A stretch of 64,000 bases of DNA from Geopsychrobacteraceae bacterium. Its GTDB lineage: Bacteria > Desulfobacterota > Desulfuromonadia > Desulfuromonadales > Geopsychrobacteraceae. Positions 10,474 through 20,979 of this stretch are shown here, one piece after another (within the stretch, counting starts at the first letter, position 1; each line of letters starts with the position of its first letter). Location: assembly GCA_963662315.1 (NCBI GenBank), contig OY759353.1:2176001-2240000 (forward strand). The letters are read 5' to 3'. The position numbers and the translations under genes are program-made. The notes beneath the pieces were generated by a model that made no database searches, had not been told where the DNA came from, and saw nothing but the letters and a program-made list of their open reading frames with translations.

Positions 10474-10995
10474 ATGACCCGAATTTTCAACATCAAACAG
10501 CCAGGTGGCCTATCTGTAATAACGAGATCCATCTATCACACCCTGCGCTACCTGCTTATTGCAGTCTTTTTATGGTCCGGCATCAGTAAAGCCATGGCTC
10601 CGCAGCAGTTTGCCGAAGTCGTAGCGGCCTATGGGCTGCTGCCGGAAAATGTTACGGTTCCGGTCGCCCTGTTCCTGATTGCAGCTGAAATCATCGCCGC
10701 AGCCGGACTGTGTCTGGAAATACGCGGCAGTCTGGGTGCTATTACCTCAATGATACTGGTGTTTTTGGTCATCCTTGGCTACGGTATCTATCTCGGCCTG
10801 GATATCGATTGTGGCTGTTTTGGTCCAGACGATCCGGAAGGACTGGCCTTTCATGACTTGCGCGGCGCTTTTATCCGCGACATTGGGCTTTTATGTGCCT
10901 GCGGTTATCTGTACTGCTGGCGTTTTCTAAATCGACTGGCACCAGCGCCTTGGTTCCACACCGGACTGCGGCCAGTCACTCTTCAGGAGGATTGA
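10474..10995 (+). CDS. MauE/DoxX-family redox membrane protein
   Basis: Four hydrophobic segments, FLWSGISK and DIDCGCFG motifs. Confidence 0.82.
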   Translation: MTRIFNIKQPGGLSVITRSIYHTLRYLLIAVFLWSGISKAMAPQQFAEVVAAYGLLPENVTVPVALFLIAAEIIAAAGLCLEIRGSLGAITSMILVFLVILGYGIYLGLDIDCGCFGPDDPEGLAFHDLRGAFIRDIGLLCACGYLYCWRFLNRLAPAPWFHTGLRPVTLQED

Positions 10996-10999
10996 ATCC

Positions 11000-11536
11000 A
11001 TGCAAGTAAAAAGAAGCGTTTTAATTCTGGCTTTGGCCGTAAGCGTGCTGCTGACCGCCAACACCGTCTTTGCCATCGGTTTCGATAACAAATTCGAAGC
11101 CGAAGTCAAAGCAGAAGCCGCTGCCGTCAAGCTGGTCAAAGAAGTGCAGCGTGGTAGCTATGATGTGGTCACAACCGAAGAACTGAAAAAATGGCAGGAT
11201 GAAGGCAAAGACATGCTGATCGTCGATACCATGCCCTTTGAAGCCAGCTATAAAAAAGGACATGTTCCTGCCGCCGTGCAGTTCCTGTTTCCAATCCCTG
11301 ACATGACTAGCTGGGACAGCAAGGAAACTGATGGAAAATCATCAGCCGACTACGAAAAACTGCTCGGCCCCGACAAAGACAAAACCATCGTCGTCTACTG
11401 CGGTTTCGTCAAATGTACCCGCAGTCACAACGGTGCCTACTGGGCCAAACAACTCGGCTATAAAAATGTCTATCGCTACCCCGGCGGCATTTTTGCCTGG
11501 AAAGGTGCTGATTACCCGGTTGAGGAAGTGAAGTAG
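11000..11536 (+). CDS. Exported rhodanese-like protein
   Basis: Signal peptide, GHVPAA, YCGFVKCTRSH and YPGGIFAW motifs. Confidence 0.85.
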   Translation: MQVKRSVLILALAVSVLLTANTVFAIGFDNKFEAEVKAEAAAVKLVKEVQRGSYDVVTTEELKKWQDEGKDMLIVDTMPFEASYKKGHVPAAVQFLFPIPDMTSWDSKETDGKSSADYEKLLGPDKDKTIVVYCGFVKCTRSHNGAYWAKQLGYKNVYRYPGGIFAWKGADYPVEEVK

Positions 11537-11564
11537 TTTTTGTCTGAAAGACGCCTTTTTTCAC

Positions 11565-11607
11565 CAGCTCTGGTTTAGACCTATTTCATCTTTACCAGGG
11601 CTGTTTT
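11565..11607 (+). terminator. Possible terminator after the rhodanese operon
   Basis: cagctctggt...accagggctg stem followed by tttt. Confidence 0.4.
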
Positions 11608-11776
11608 CATTGACAAAAAACCTGATTCACTCTATTCATTAAAGCCGAAAAGTTTCAAGCGGGAGGGGGCCTGCCTGATTGTTCAGCTATTTTCTGTGTC
11701 TGTCAGCTAATCCTACAATCATTCAAGCGTCTCTCCTTCGTTATTACACATAAATATCAAACACGAGGGGGAACTC

Positions 11777-12346
11777 ATGTCCAAAGGAAACGTTCTGATC
11801 AACGGTCGCACCGCCGTGCATAAAGGGAGTAACGGCACACTGACCACCATCGATGTGTGCCTGACCAAGGTCGGTAAACCTGTCATACCTATTCCTTATG
11901 TCAATATCGCCCGCAGTGCCGACGCCGCCCAAACCGCCAGCACTGTATTCGTCAACGGTAACCCTATTTGCCATAAGAATTCCATATTTTCCAAAAGCAC
12001 CGGCGACGAACCCGGCAACCGCAAAGGGATCAAAAGCGGCACCATCACCGAAAAAGCCGAGTTCGTCACTGCCTCCAGCAATGTCTACATCGAAGGTATC
12101 GCCGCCGTGCGCCAGGGCGACATGATGGTCAGCAACAACGCCAACACCGCCCCCATGCCGCTGTCCCAACCGGGAGCGGCGAGGCCGAAGAAGAATCAAT
12201 TAGAGGATGTTGCCGGGTTGGATGAAAGTGCCTTGACGGATGAAATACCATTGCAGGTCAGTGGTCATGATCTGCATATTCAGCAAGAGCTGAATATGCT
12301 TACGGATCCAGATTTCTCGTTTCATAGCGATGATCTGGAGGACTGA
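11777..12346 (+). CDS. DUF4150 PAAR-like T6SS spike-tip protein with acidic C-terminal extension
   Basis: DVCLT..PIPYVNIA, STGDEPG, GIKSGTI and SSNVYIEG..AVRQGD motifs typical of DUF4150. Confidence 0.85.
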   Translation: MSKGNVLINGRTAVHKGSNGTLTTIDVCLTKVGKPVIPIPYVNIARSADAAQTASTVFVNGNPICHKNSIFSKSTGDEPGNRKGIKSGTITEKAEFVTASSNVYIEGIAAVRQGDMMVSNNANTAPMPLSQPGAARPKKNQLEDVAGLDESALTDEIPLQVSGHDLHIQQELNMLTDPDFSFHSDDLED

Positions 12347-12348
12347 AA

Positions 12349-12582
12349 ATGCAAAATTCAGCACAACCAACGAAATCAGCTAAACCCATTCCCGTATTCG
12401 ATCTGATCCATGTCGTTGTTTGCCTGGTGGTGGTCGGTTATTACCTGCTCAAGTTCAGCGGAACCAGTCTTCTGACCAGAGAGGGGGAATTCGCTCTCGA
12501 TACTTTGCTTATCGGGGTTATCGCCATCAAATTTTTCAAAACACTGATCGGGAACAAGCAACATAGCGGAGAGGATCAATGA
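12349..12582 (+). CDS. Small two-TM hypothetical protein
   Basis: 77 aa with two hydrophobic segments. Starts 2 bp after the PAAR stop and overlaps the effector start (ATGA). Confidence 0.6.
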   Translation: MQNSAQPTKSAKPIPVFDLIHVVVCLVVVGYYLLKFSGTSLLTREGEFALDTLLIGVIAIKFFKTLIGNKQHSGEDQ

Positions 12583-15500
12583 GCATCGAACTCGATGATA
12601 TGCAGGATGTTATTGATTTCAATAACATTAAACCCCTGGCCAGAGGCGACAGCGAAAAAAATAGCAAAGGGTACCGTGAAATAACTCTGGGGGCACCAGA
12701 CAACGGGGAACAGGATCTGTTCTTAAAACTGCGCGACGGAAAACATACCTGGAACAACCTGTACCTGGGCCGTTCCTGTACCTTTAAAAAGGGCGAAAGT
12801 AAAGATCAATGGAATATCATAGTGCCGATCATTCCGCGTATTTATACCACCCCTGACCGCAACCCGGCCCATGCTGATGTCCCCCGCAAAGGCTGGATTT
12901 ATATCATTCGCCGCTGCCAGACGTCAGAAGGGACAATGGTGACCGAGCTGTGGCGTGAGCTCAAATCCGATGGACTGGGTAATTTTACCGACGTCCATTT
13001 GAAATATCAGCGAGGCAATGATCATCGTCCAGCTACTGGACAACCAGGTTTTCGAATTATTGTGCCTTACTGCATCAATAAACAGGTCCATGAACTATGG
13101 ATCGCCTTTTCAGAGGTGCAGTGGAGCTGGGCGCGCATTGCGAAGATGAAAACCAAAGATTCGACGTTGCGTGATCAACGTATGCAGAAACTGGATGTCA
13201 GTGGTTGCTTGAACAACTTTGACGGTTTTGAACCAGCGCCATCCGAAGATAAAAATCGTAGCGACGATGAATACAATACGCAGGTCAACGATGCTCCTGA
13301 AACAGCACTGATCCATCGTCTCGATTTAGCCTCGGACGATGAGAGTAAGAATCTTTCGGAAACCTTCAAAGATCCGATTCCGGTTGTCTATCTGGATGAC
13401 CCAATTGGTATTGCCCGAAATCTGGCCGCACGTCATCAACTATGGTGGGACCAGATGGCAACAGACCTGCTCACCCTGAAAAACCAGCCTGGAGATCTTG
13501 TCAGCAAAGGCAGTTATGAACCTGGGCGTTGGTTTGAGGCTGCAGCCCTGGCCAATCGCTATTTTTATGGCGATATCTCCCAGGTTTTACCAGCAGGATT
13601 AGAAACCGAGACCCAAAAAGAACTCTACCGGAAACAATTGGCAGAAACCGAAGAGAAGTTTGCCGAATACCGCAATAAGCTTGATAAAGTGGCCATCGAC
13701 CAAGCCCTAGGGCGCTTTCAGCGCCAGCAGACCCGCGCCAGTATTGTTGCTGCCCGCAACGACTTGACCGCCTATTTGCAGCATGAGCTTTTTAGTTCAA
13801 CTTCAACCGACCCAGCGTTAATCCAAGCTTTGGATGACTATTTTACCCGCCCGGTGCTGGGCAGCCAAGAAGACTACGAACTTGTTGATAAAGAAGGCGT
13901 TGACGGTAAGAAGGAACGCTGCAAGGTCTGGCCCCGCAACTATTATGATGGCTGGAAAGTTATGGCCTACATCCTGACCGCCCTCGGTCGTCACGAATAC
14001 CGCCTGGATCACGACCTCGAAGCTCGCCCACCTGATGGCTGGACATGGCGCAAAGAGAGTGAATCGTTCAAACTGCTGATGCGCCTGGCCGATCCGGCCG
14101 GGGGGAGCAGCTTACACAGTCGACTGTTCCCACAGCAAAGCGGTGAATCAGAACTGGATTACCAACACACCAGCTACCCCGCTGGTGATCCACGCTTTAA
14201 AACAGACAACTTTGCTCGCATTCAAGAGTTGTTGACAAAGGACGACAACATTCTGCGTGGCATAGAGCTGTTTGCCCACCAGTTTGACGAGGTCATGGCG
14301 ATGCGCAGCAGTGGAGACGCCGCCTACAATGATCAAATTGTCCGGGCACGCTGTGCCATCCTACGCCTGATCAGTGGAGCCTTGGGTCTTGAACTTGCCT
14401 GGCAGGCCGCCAGTATTGATGAGATTATTACCCACAATAATGCCAAAGAAGACACCTCTTTCCCGGCCTGGGGGTTGTTCAAAAAGGCGGTGTCTTTGAC
14501 CAAAGGTACTGTGTCTGTTATCAAGGACGATAAGGATTGGACTGGAACCATTACCGTTAAAACTGTCCAGGGCAATCCCACCCGCATGCAGCAATTACTG
14601 CACGGTATCGCTGAATCTCGCCGGACCACATGCTGTCTGACCGGGCTCGCCGGCATGATCAAGGCAATCAACTTCATTCAAGCGGTCAATGCTTATGTCG
14701 CCAACAAGAATGAAGACAAAAACTGGGATAAAATGGTCGGCATGATGAGCAGTTTTTGCGAGCTGGGCGAGGCAGTGGCGACAGCGACGGAAAAGGCATT
14801 GCCTAAACCGGTAAACAATTTGAACTCAAAATTGAAATTTCTTGCAGCAAAAGGCCATAGCTATAATGTTGCATCTAAGGCGTTAACAAGAGCGAATCTC
14901 GCCTTCAGCATTGTTGACATGGGCACCACTGCCATCTCCCTGGTCGAAAATATCCGCGAAGGGGACGACGCGGCAGCAGCTGATGCCATGCTGCTGGCCG
15001 GAGCGACCTTGGGGGTTATAGGTGGCGTGGCGGAGTTGGCCGGGGCCACCTCGGTGGCTCTTTGGTTCGGGTTAAGTGTGTCGCTGCCGGTTCTTGGCCT
15101 GGTGACAATTGCGGTATCCCTGGCCGGATTTCTGGCCAAAGCTTTTATCTTCAGCGAGGATAACCCCATTGAAATCTGGCTGGCCAATAACCCCTTTACT
15201 TTGGCACAGCAGCAGATTGAGGGAATGAATTTTCAGCAAAGCAGCGGGCAGTACCAAGTGCAGGATAATGGGAAAACAATTAGCAAGGGGTGCACTATTT
15301 ACAGTTTTAATCACAACAAACTGTATATTGATGAAGACGGCATTCTGGTTGGCTGCCAGTCGTCTTATCGCAACAGCGCCGGGAGCGCTTTAATCACCCA
15401 AAATGACCAGCAGCAGGTCATCATGCATGCGGTCATGTCTAATGGTGTTATTGCCGAGGACCTCGCCCTGGGGCAGATCGGTCAGCCTTTTGCCCTGCCT

Positions 15501-16151
15501 CCTGAGCTGGCCAGAAAAATGGAAAGAACAAATCAAACCGGTGACCATCAATCAGCCAAGTGGGCAAAAGAAACCGATGTCAAAAGCTGCCATCCCAAAG
15601 TACAAAAACAACTCTCACGCATTGAAACCTGGCATGAAGTGCCGCAGGAATGTTACCTGGCGTTGGTCGATGCCCTGTATCGTCCACGCGTTAAAATGAC
15701 AACCCATGCCTACAATGACTCGGGGCATATTGCCTGCGATATCAACCTGCCCTTCTTTTTGCCCGGGAAAAGCAAGCTGCTGGTGCAGATGACCGAATCA
15801 ACTTCGACCATCAACTATGCGCAACCCGGGGTCAGTCATGATCAGCCAGGGGAAAAAAACATCACCCAGGAAGAGCTTGACCATATGGCTATTGGCCCTT
15901 GCCACTACAGGATTGAACGGGCCGTACCGACCAACAGCGTCACTAGTCTGGAGGTCAAGGTCAGGTTCAATGTTTATGGTGATGATCAGGTGTTTCTGCC
16001 CTACGAAGATAAGTTTGATGAGGATAAGGTTCAAAAATCATCAGCAGACACCAACAAAACGCCAACAGCGGAACCAAAAGAAGAAACAAAACCTATAGAG
16101 AAATGGCTGGTAGTCTCGGATCATCTATCGACCATCAAACGTTATAGATAA
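12579..16151 (+). CDS. MIX/VasX-like T6SS effector with putative pore-forming hydrophobic helices
   Basis: PRKGWIYII..LWRE (MIX-type hRxGhhYhh), IAFSEVQWS and LDDPIGIARNL motifs. Long Gly/Ala-rich hydrophobic stretch at about 14988-15152. Lies downstream of a PAAR gene. Confidence 0.72.
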   Translation: MSIELDDMQDVIDFNNIKPLARGDSEKNSKGYREITLGAPDNGEQDLFLKLRDGKHTWNNLYLGRSCTFKKGESKDQWNIIVPIIPRIYTTPDRNPAHADVPRKGWIYIIRRCQTSEGTMVTELWRELKSDGLGNFTDVHLKYQRGNDHRPATGQPGFRIIVPYCINKQVHELWIAFSEVQWSWARIAKMKTKDSTLRDQRMQKLDVSGCLNNFDGFEPAPSEDKNRSDDEYNTQVNDAPETALIHRLDLASDDESKNLSETFKDPIPVVYLDDPIGIARNLAARHQLWWDQMATDLLTLKNQPGDLVSKGSYEPGRWFEAAALANRYFYGDISQVLPAGLETETQKELYRKQLAETEEKFAEYRNKLDKVAIDQALGRFQRQQTRASIVAARNDLTAYLQHELFSSTSTDPALIQALDDYFTRPVLGSQEDYELVDKEGVDGKKERCKVWPRNYYDGWKVMAYILTALGRHEYRLDHDLEARPPDGWTWRKESESFKLLMRLADPAGGSSLHSRLFPQQSGESELDYQHTSYPAGDPRFKTDNFARIQELLTKDDNILRGIELFAHQFDEVMAMRSSGDAAYNDQIVRARCAILRLISGALGLELAWQAASIDEIITHNNAKEDTSFPAWGLFKKAVSLTKGTVSVIKDDKDWTGTITVKTVQGNPTRMQQLLHGIAESRRTTCCLTGLAGMIKAINFIQAVNAYVANKNEDKNWDKMVGMMSSFCELGEAVATATEKALPKPVNNLNSKLKFLAAKGHSYNVASKALTRANLAFSIVDMGTTAISLVENIREGDDAAAADAMLLAGATLGVIGGVAELAGATSVALWFGLSVSLPVLGLVTIAVSLAGFLAKAFIFSEDNPIEIWLANNPFTLAQQQIEGMNFQQSSGQYQVQDNGKTISKGCTIYSFNHNKLYIDEDGILVGCQSSYRNSAGSALITQNDQQQVIMHAVMSNGVIAEDLALGQIGQPFALPPELARKMERTNQTGDHQSAKWAKETDVKSCHPKVQKQLSRIETWHEVPQECYLALVDALYRPRVKMTTHAYNDSGHIACDINLPFFLPGKSKLLVQMTESTSTINYAQPGVSHDQPGEKNITQEELDHMAIGPCHYRIERAVPTNSVTSLEVKVRFNVYGDDQVFLPYEDKFDEDKVQKSSADTNKTPTAEPKEETKPIEKWLVVSDHLSTIKRYR

Positions 16152-16167
16152 AGTCAAGGACGCTTCT

Positions 16168-17424
16168 ATGTACTATCCCAACAAATCAGTGGTTTCTTTT
16201 TATTACATTTTGTTGCTGCTCCTACTATGTAGCTGCGACTCATCATCGGATGCAGCGGCACAAGAAACTTCAACTTCATCTGCAACTGTCCCAGCGACCC
16301 AGTCATGGACAGGACAAACAACTAATGGAATCGACTTATATAATATTCCCCCAAAACTGGGATCACTGCCTCTTGTCGAACTCCAGCAACGTGCAGAACA
16401 GAAAGACCCTGCAGCGTTGTATGAGCTGGGGCGTCGCTATGGCAGTGGTGAAGGAATTAGCCGCAACCCGCTAAAAGCCAAACAGCTTCTGTTTGAAGCA
16501 GCGGAAAAAGGCGATGCTGATGCTCAGAACGAATTAGGAATAGCCTACAATCAGGGGCTGTTTGGCTCGATAGATCACAACAAGGGATTCAAGTGGACGC
16601 AAAAAGCAGCACAGCAAGGCCATCCTGTCGCACAATACAATCTCGCGGATATGTATGAAAAAGGAGAAGGCTGTCAACAAGACTACACCAAGGCATTTGA
16701 ATGGTTGGAAAAGTCTGCAGAAAGTCATTTTATACCAGCATATACAGAGTTAGGAGTTTTTTATAGCCTTGGACATGGAGTTTCAATAAATCTCAAATAT
16801 GCATTTGATTGGTTTTACAAAGGAGCAACAAATAGTGACCCTCGAGCACAATACAATCTTGCTTATTGCTATTCACAAGGATTATGGGTTGATAAAAACA
16901 TTGACAAAGCTATCTTTTGGTACAAAAAATCATCTGATAATGGGTTCATAGAATCATCGTATAATCTAGGAGAAATATATTTTTACGGTGAAAGTGTCAA
17001 CAAGAATTACGGAAAGGCATTTGAATATTTTAAAAAAGCGGCTAATTATGACCACGAGGATTCCTTGGTAAATTTGGGACTGATTTATTTGTTTGGTCTC
17101 ACTGGAAAAAAAAGTAATACATTAGCATATGAATTATTTTTAAAGGCTGCTCAAAAAGGGCAATCAAAATATGATGCCATTTTCAATCTTGGACAAATGT
17201 ATGAAAATGGCCTTTATGTCAATAAAAGCTTAATTAAGGCATACGCCTATTATCAAACCTCACTAAAAATTTTGCGACTTAAGCCCACTGAATCTTCTGC
17301 ATTAACTGAATCCGAACTACTCGATTCCATCACCACCCTCAAAGCCCAAATGACCGCATCAGAAATCGCCGCTGGCGAAGCTGAAATTCCTAAGGTTATG
17401 CAAGAATATGGCATTGTTCTTTAG
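16168..17424 (+). CDS. Sel1-repeat lipoprotein, type A copy 1
   Basis: Lipobox LLCSC and eight Sel1-like repeats (AxYxLGxxYxxGxG..DxxKAxxWxxKAA). Confidence 0.88.
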   Translation: MYYPNKSVVSFYYILLLLLLCSCDSSSDAAAQETSTSSATVPATQSWTGQTTNGIDLYNIPPKLGSLPLVELQQRAEQKDPAALYELGRRYGSGEGISRNPLKAKQLLFEAAEKGDADAQNELGIAYNQGLFGSIDHNKGFKWTQKAAQQGHPVAQYNLADMYEKGEGCQQDYTKAFEWLEKSAESHFIPAYTELGVFYSLGHGVSINLKYAFDWFYKGATNSDPRAQYNLAYCYSQGLWVDKNIDKAIFWYKKSSDNGFIESSYNLGEIYFYGESVNKNYGKAFEYFKKAANYDHEDSLVNLGLIYLFGLTGKKSNTLAYELFLKAAQKGQSKYDAIFNLGQMYENGLYVNKSLIKAYAYYQTSLKILRLKPTESSALTESELLDSITTLKAQMTASEIAAGEAEIPKVMQEYGIVL

Positions 17425-18580
17425 CAATAAAATAATGGCTGTGAGCGTCATCCTGCTTGTTTTCTGCTTATCTAGCTGCGACAAATCAGACACTGTAGGC
17501 ACAGCTGAATCCTCCCCGCAACAGAACGTCAGCAGCAGTCCCGAAGAAACAAGACCAAACTACAACGACATAACTCAATCAACCACTAATGGTCAGAGTA
17601 TCCAATACTATTCGGCACCGTTCCCATTGGAAAACCTTTCCTTGAAAGAATTGCAGGCAAGGGTCTTATCAAAGAATGCTGCAGGAATGGCAGAATTAGG
17701 CCGACGCTACGCCAGTGGAATTGGCGTCACAAGGAATCTTGCTGAAGCTCAAAAACTCTATATTCAGGCTGCTGAAGCAGGTGATATGACGGCACAAAAC
17801 GAGTTGGCCGGTGCTTATGATTATGGCCTGTTTGGTGTGACTGATCATGAGAAGGCGGTTTATTGGTATCGTAAGGCTGCGGAACAGGGGTTTGCTCCTG
17901 CTCAGTTTAATCTGGGGGTTGCATATGAAAATGGGATAGGAGTCGCTACCAATTTTGAGGAATCACATAAGTGGTACTTAACGGCTGCAGAGCAAAACTT
18001 GCCGGTAGCACAAAATGCACTAGCGAGACAATTTAGTGTCGGCAGAGGTGTAGAGGCAAACACCAAAAAAGTAATAGAATTCCTTACAAAAGCTGCGAAT
18101 AGTAAATTTCCAGAAGCGCAATTTAGTCTTGCGGTTAAATACTCTCTTGGACAAGGGGTGGAAATAAATCAAAAAAAAGCATTTCACCTTTATCAACTCT
18201 CGGCCCGCAATGGTTACGCAAGAGCTCAAAATAATTTGGGGAATTGCTATCTTTTTGGAGAAGGCATAGATATCGATTATTCAAGAGCTTTTTACTGGTT
18301 TAATCTTGCGGCAAAACAAATAAATTCTAACGCCATATTTAATATAGGACAGATGTACCAAAATGGTCTTTACTTAAATAAAAATCTAATCAAGGCTTAT
18401 GCCTGCTATCTCGTTGCTATGGTGATATCCACAAGAATACCAGATGAAACCTCTGCGGTAACAGAATCTGAAGTCAACGATTCCATCACCACCCTCAAAG
18501 CCCAAATGACCGCTGCAGAAATCGCCGCCGGCGAAGCTGCAATTCCCAAGGTTATGCAAGAATATGACATTGTTCTTTAG
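17408..18580 (+). CDS. Sel1-repeat lipoprotein, type B copy 1
   Basis: Lipobox LSSC, seven Sel1 repeats, 17-bp overlap with the previous gene. Confidence 0.88.
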   Translation: MALFFSNKIMAVSVILLVFCLSSCDKSDTVGTAESSPQQNVSSSPEETRPNYNDITQSTTNGQSIQYYSAPFPLENLSLKELQARVLSKNAAGMAELGRRYASGIGVTRNLAEAQKLYIQAAEAGDMTAQNELAGAYDYGLFGVTDHEKAVYWYRKAAEQGFAPAQFNLGVAYENGIGVATNFEESHKWYLTAAEQNLPVAQNALARQFSVGRGVEANTKKVIEFLTKAANSKFPEAQFSLAVKYSLGQGVEINQKKAFHLYQLSARNGYARAQNNLGNCYLFGEGIDIDYSRAFYWFNLAAKQINSNAIFNIGQMYQNGLYLNKNLIKAYACYLVAMVISTRIPDETSAVTESEVNDSITTLKAQMTAAEIAAGEAAIPKVMQEYDIVL

Positions 18581-19823
18581 CAATAAAATGATGGCCGTGA
18601 GCGTTATCCTGCTTGTTTTCTGCTTATCTAGCTGCGACTCATCATCGGATGCAGTGGTACAAGAAACTTCAACTTCATCTGCAACTGTCCCAGCGACCCA
18701 GTCATGGACAGGACAAACAACTAATGGAATCGACTTATATAATATTCCCCCAAAACTGGGTTCACTGCCTCTTGTCGAACTCCAGCAACGTGCAGAACAG
18801 AAAGACCCTGCAGCGTTGTATGAGCTGGGGCGTCGCTATGGCAGTGGTGAAGGAATTAGCCGCAACCCGCTAAAAGCCAAACAGCTTCTGTTTGAAGCCG
18901 CGGAAAAAGGCGATGCTGATGCGCAGAACGAATTAGGAATAGCCTACAATCAGGGGCTGCTTGGGTCGATAGATCACAACAAGGGATTCAAGTGGACGCA
19001 AAAAGCAGCACAGCAAGGTCATCCTGTCGCACAATACAATCTTGCGGATATGTATGAAAAAGGAGAAGGCTGTCAACAAGACTACACCAAGGCATTTGAA
19101 TGGTTGGAAAAGTCTGCAAAGAGTAAGTTTATTCCCGCTTACTCAGAAATTGGGGTCTATTATAAATATGGTGTAGGTGTTAAACAAAATTCCACCGAAG
19201 CGGTCAATTGGTATAAAAAAGGAGCAGATGCGGGTGACCCAAAGGGAGAATTTAATTTGGGTTACAGCTATGAAATTGGTCAAGGAGTATCAGAGGATAT
19301 AAAAAAAGCTATTCATTGGTATGAAAGATCGATCGATAAAGGGTTTCCAAGTGCGTTTAGCAATTTAGGTTCAATATATTATGAAGGGAAAAAAGTCGAC
19401 AAAAATTTCAATAAAGCTTTCAACTATTTTAGTGAAGGTGTCCGTTTTGGTGATGCAAAATCAATGATTAACTTGGGTGTTATGTATCTTTTTGGCGAAG
19501 GAGCTAATGCTGACTACAGCAAAGCCTACAACCTATTTTTGAAAGCTACTCATTTTCATTCCACTAGGTATACAGCAGCGTTCAATCTTGCTCAAATGTA
19601 TGAAAATGGACTTTATGTTAATAAGAACCTTGTCAAAGCATATGCTCTTTATTGCTTCGCTATGAAAAGGCCGCAATCTACACCAACTAGCAATTATTCA
19701 ATAACTGAGGCCGATATTCTCGACTCCATCACCACCCTCAAAGCCCAAATGACCGCTGCAGAAATCGCCGCCGGCGAAGCTGAAATTCCCAAGGTTATGC
19801 AAGAATATGGCATTGTTCTTTAG
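18564..19823 (+). CDS. Sel1-repeat lipoprotein, type A copy 2
   Basis: Lipobox LSSC, eight Sel1 repeats; the first ~490 bp of mature coding sequence is nearly identical to A1. Confidence 0.88.
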   Translation: MTLFFSNKMMAVSVILLVFCLSSCDSSSDAVVQETSTSSATVPATQSWTGQTTNGIDLYNIPPKLGSLPLVELQQRAEQKDPAALYELGRRYGSGEGISRNPLKAKQLLFEAAEKGDADAQNELGIAYNQGLLGSIDHNKGFKWTQKAAQQGHPVAQYNLADMYEKGEGCQQDYTKAFEWLEKSAKSKFIPAYSEIGVYYKYGVGVKQNSTEAVNWYKKGADAGDPKGEFNLGYSYEIGQGVSEDIKKAIHWYERSIDKGFPSAFSNLGSIYYEGKKVDKNFNKAFNYFSEGVRFGDAKSMINLGVMYLFGEGANADYSKAYNLFLKATHFHSTRYTAAFNLAQMYENGLYVNKNLVKAYALYCFAMKRPQSTPTSNYSITEADILDSITTLKAQMTAAEIAAGEAEIPKVMQEYGIVL

Positions 19824-20979
19824 CAATAAAATGATGGCCGTGAGCGTTATCCTGCTTGTTTTCTGCTTATCTAGCTGCGACAAATCAGATACTGTAGGCA
19901 CAGTTGAATCCTCCCCGCAGCAGAACGTCAGCAGCAGTTCCGAAGCGGCAAGGCCAAACTACAACGACATAACTCAATCAACCACTAAAGGTCAGAGTAT
20001 CCAATACTATTCGACACCGTTCTCATTGGGAAACCTTTCCTTGAAAGAATTGCAGGCAAGGGTCTTATCAAAGAATGCTGCAGGAATGGCAGAATTAGGC
20101 CGACGCTACGCCAGTGGAATTGGCGTCACAAGGAATCTTGCTGAAGCTCAAAAACTGTATATTCAGGCTGCTGAAGCAGGTGATATGACGGCACAGAACG
20201 AGTTGGCCGGTGCTTATGATTATGGCCTGTTTGGTGTGACTGATCATGAGAAGGCGGTTTATTGGTATCGTAAGGCTGCGGAACAGGGGTTTGCTCCTGC
20301 TCAGTTTAATCTGGGGGTTGCATATGAAAATGGGATAGGAGTCGCTACCAATTTTGAGGAATCACATAAGTGGTACTTAAAGGCTGCAGAGCAAAACTTA
20401 CCGGCAGCACAAAATGCACTGGCGAAGCAGTTTGATACAGGACGAGGGGGAGCGCAAAACACTAATAAAGCCCTAGAGCTTTATAAAAAAGCTGCTGAGG
20501 GCAATAATCCAGAGGCACAATTTAATTTAGCGGTCAAATATTCCTCAGGAAAAGGGATTGAAAAAAATCAAGACAAGGCTCTAGCACTTTATCTTAGCTC
20601 AGCTAAAAGTGGTTACTCACTGTCACAGAACAACCTCGGGGTTTGCTACCTTTTGGGTGAAGGGCTCCAGGTTGATTATGCAAAAGCTTATTATTGGTTT
20701 GATCTTGCCGCAAAACAAAGGGTTCCTGATGCTATATTTAATCTAGCACAGATGTATGAAAATGGAGCATACACAAAAAAAAGCTTGATTAAGGCATATG
20801 CTTACTACCATGTTTCCATTCAAATCCTTCAGGCAATACCTGACGAAAACTCAGCGTTAACCGAAGCCGAATTTCTAGATTCGATCAACACGCTGAAAGC
20901 TCAAATGAGCGCTGCAGAAATCGCCGCTGGCGAAGCTGAAATTCCCAAGGTTATGCAAGAATATGGCATTGTTCTTTAG
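19807..20979 (+). CDS. Sel1-repeat lipoprotein, type B copy 2
   Basis: Lipobox LSSC, seven Sel1 repeats; the 5' ~610 bp is nearly identical to B1. Confidence 0.88.
   Translation: MALFFSNKMMAVSVILLVFCLSSCDKSDTVGTVESSPQQNVSSSSEAARPNYNDITQSTTKGQSIQYYSTPFSLGNLSLKELQARVLSKNAAGMAELGRRYASGIGVTRNLAEAQKLYIQAAEAGDMTAQNELAGAYDYGLFGVTDHEKAVYWYRKAAEQGFAPAQFNLGVAYENGIGVATNFEESHKWYLKAAEQNLPAAQNALAKQFDTGRGGAQNTNKALELYKKAAEGNNPEAQFNLAVKYSSGKGIEKNQDKALALYLSSAKSGYSLSQNNLGVCYLLGEGLQVDYAKAYYWFDLAAKQRVPDAIFNLAQMYENGAYTKKSLIKAYAYYHVSIQILQAIPDENSALTEAEFLDSINTLKAQMSAAEIAAGEAEIPKVMQEYGIVL

Noticed and set aside
10460..10480. Selenocysteine read-through at the TGA of the Fe-S gene
   Set aside because: The TGA is not in a redox motif, the next gene starts immediately in a different frame, and no SECIS-like hairpin is evident.
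11610..11638. sigma70 promoter for the PAAR operon (ttgaca-N17-tattca)
   Set aside because: The -35 is perfect but the -10 is weak, so it is plausible but not supportable from sequence alone.
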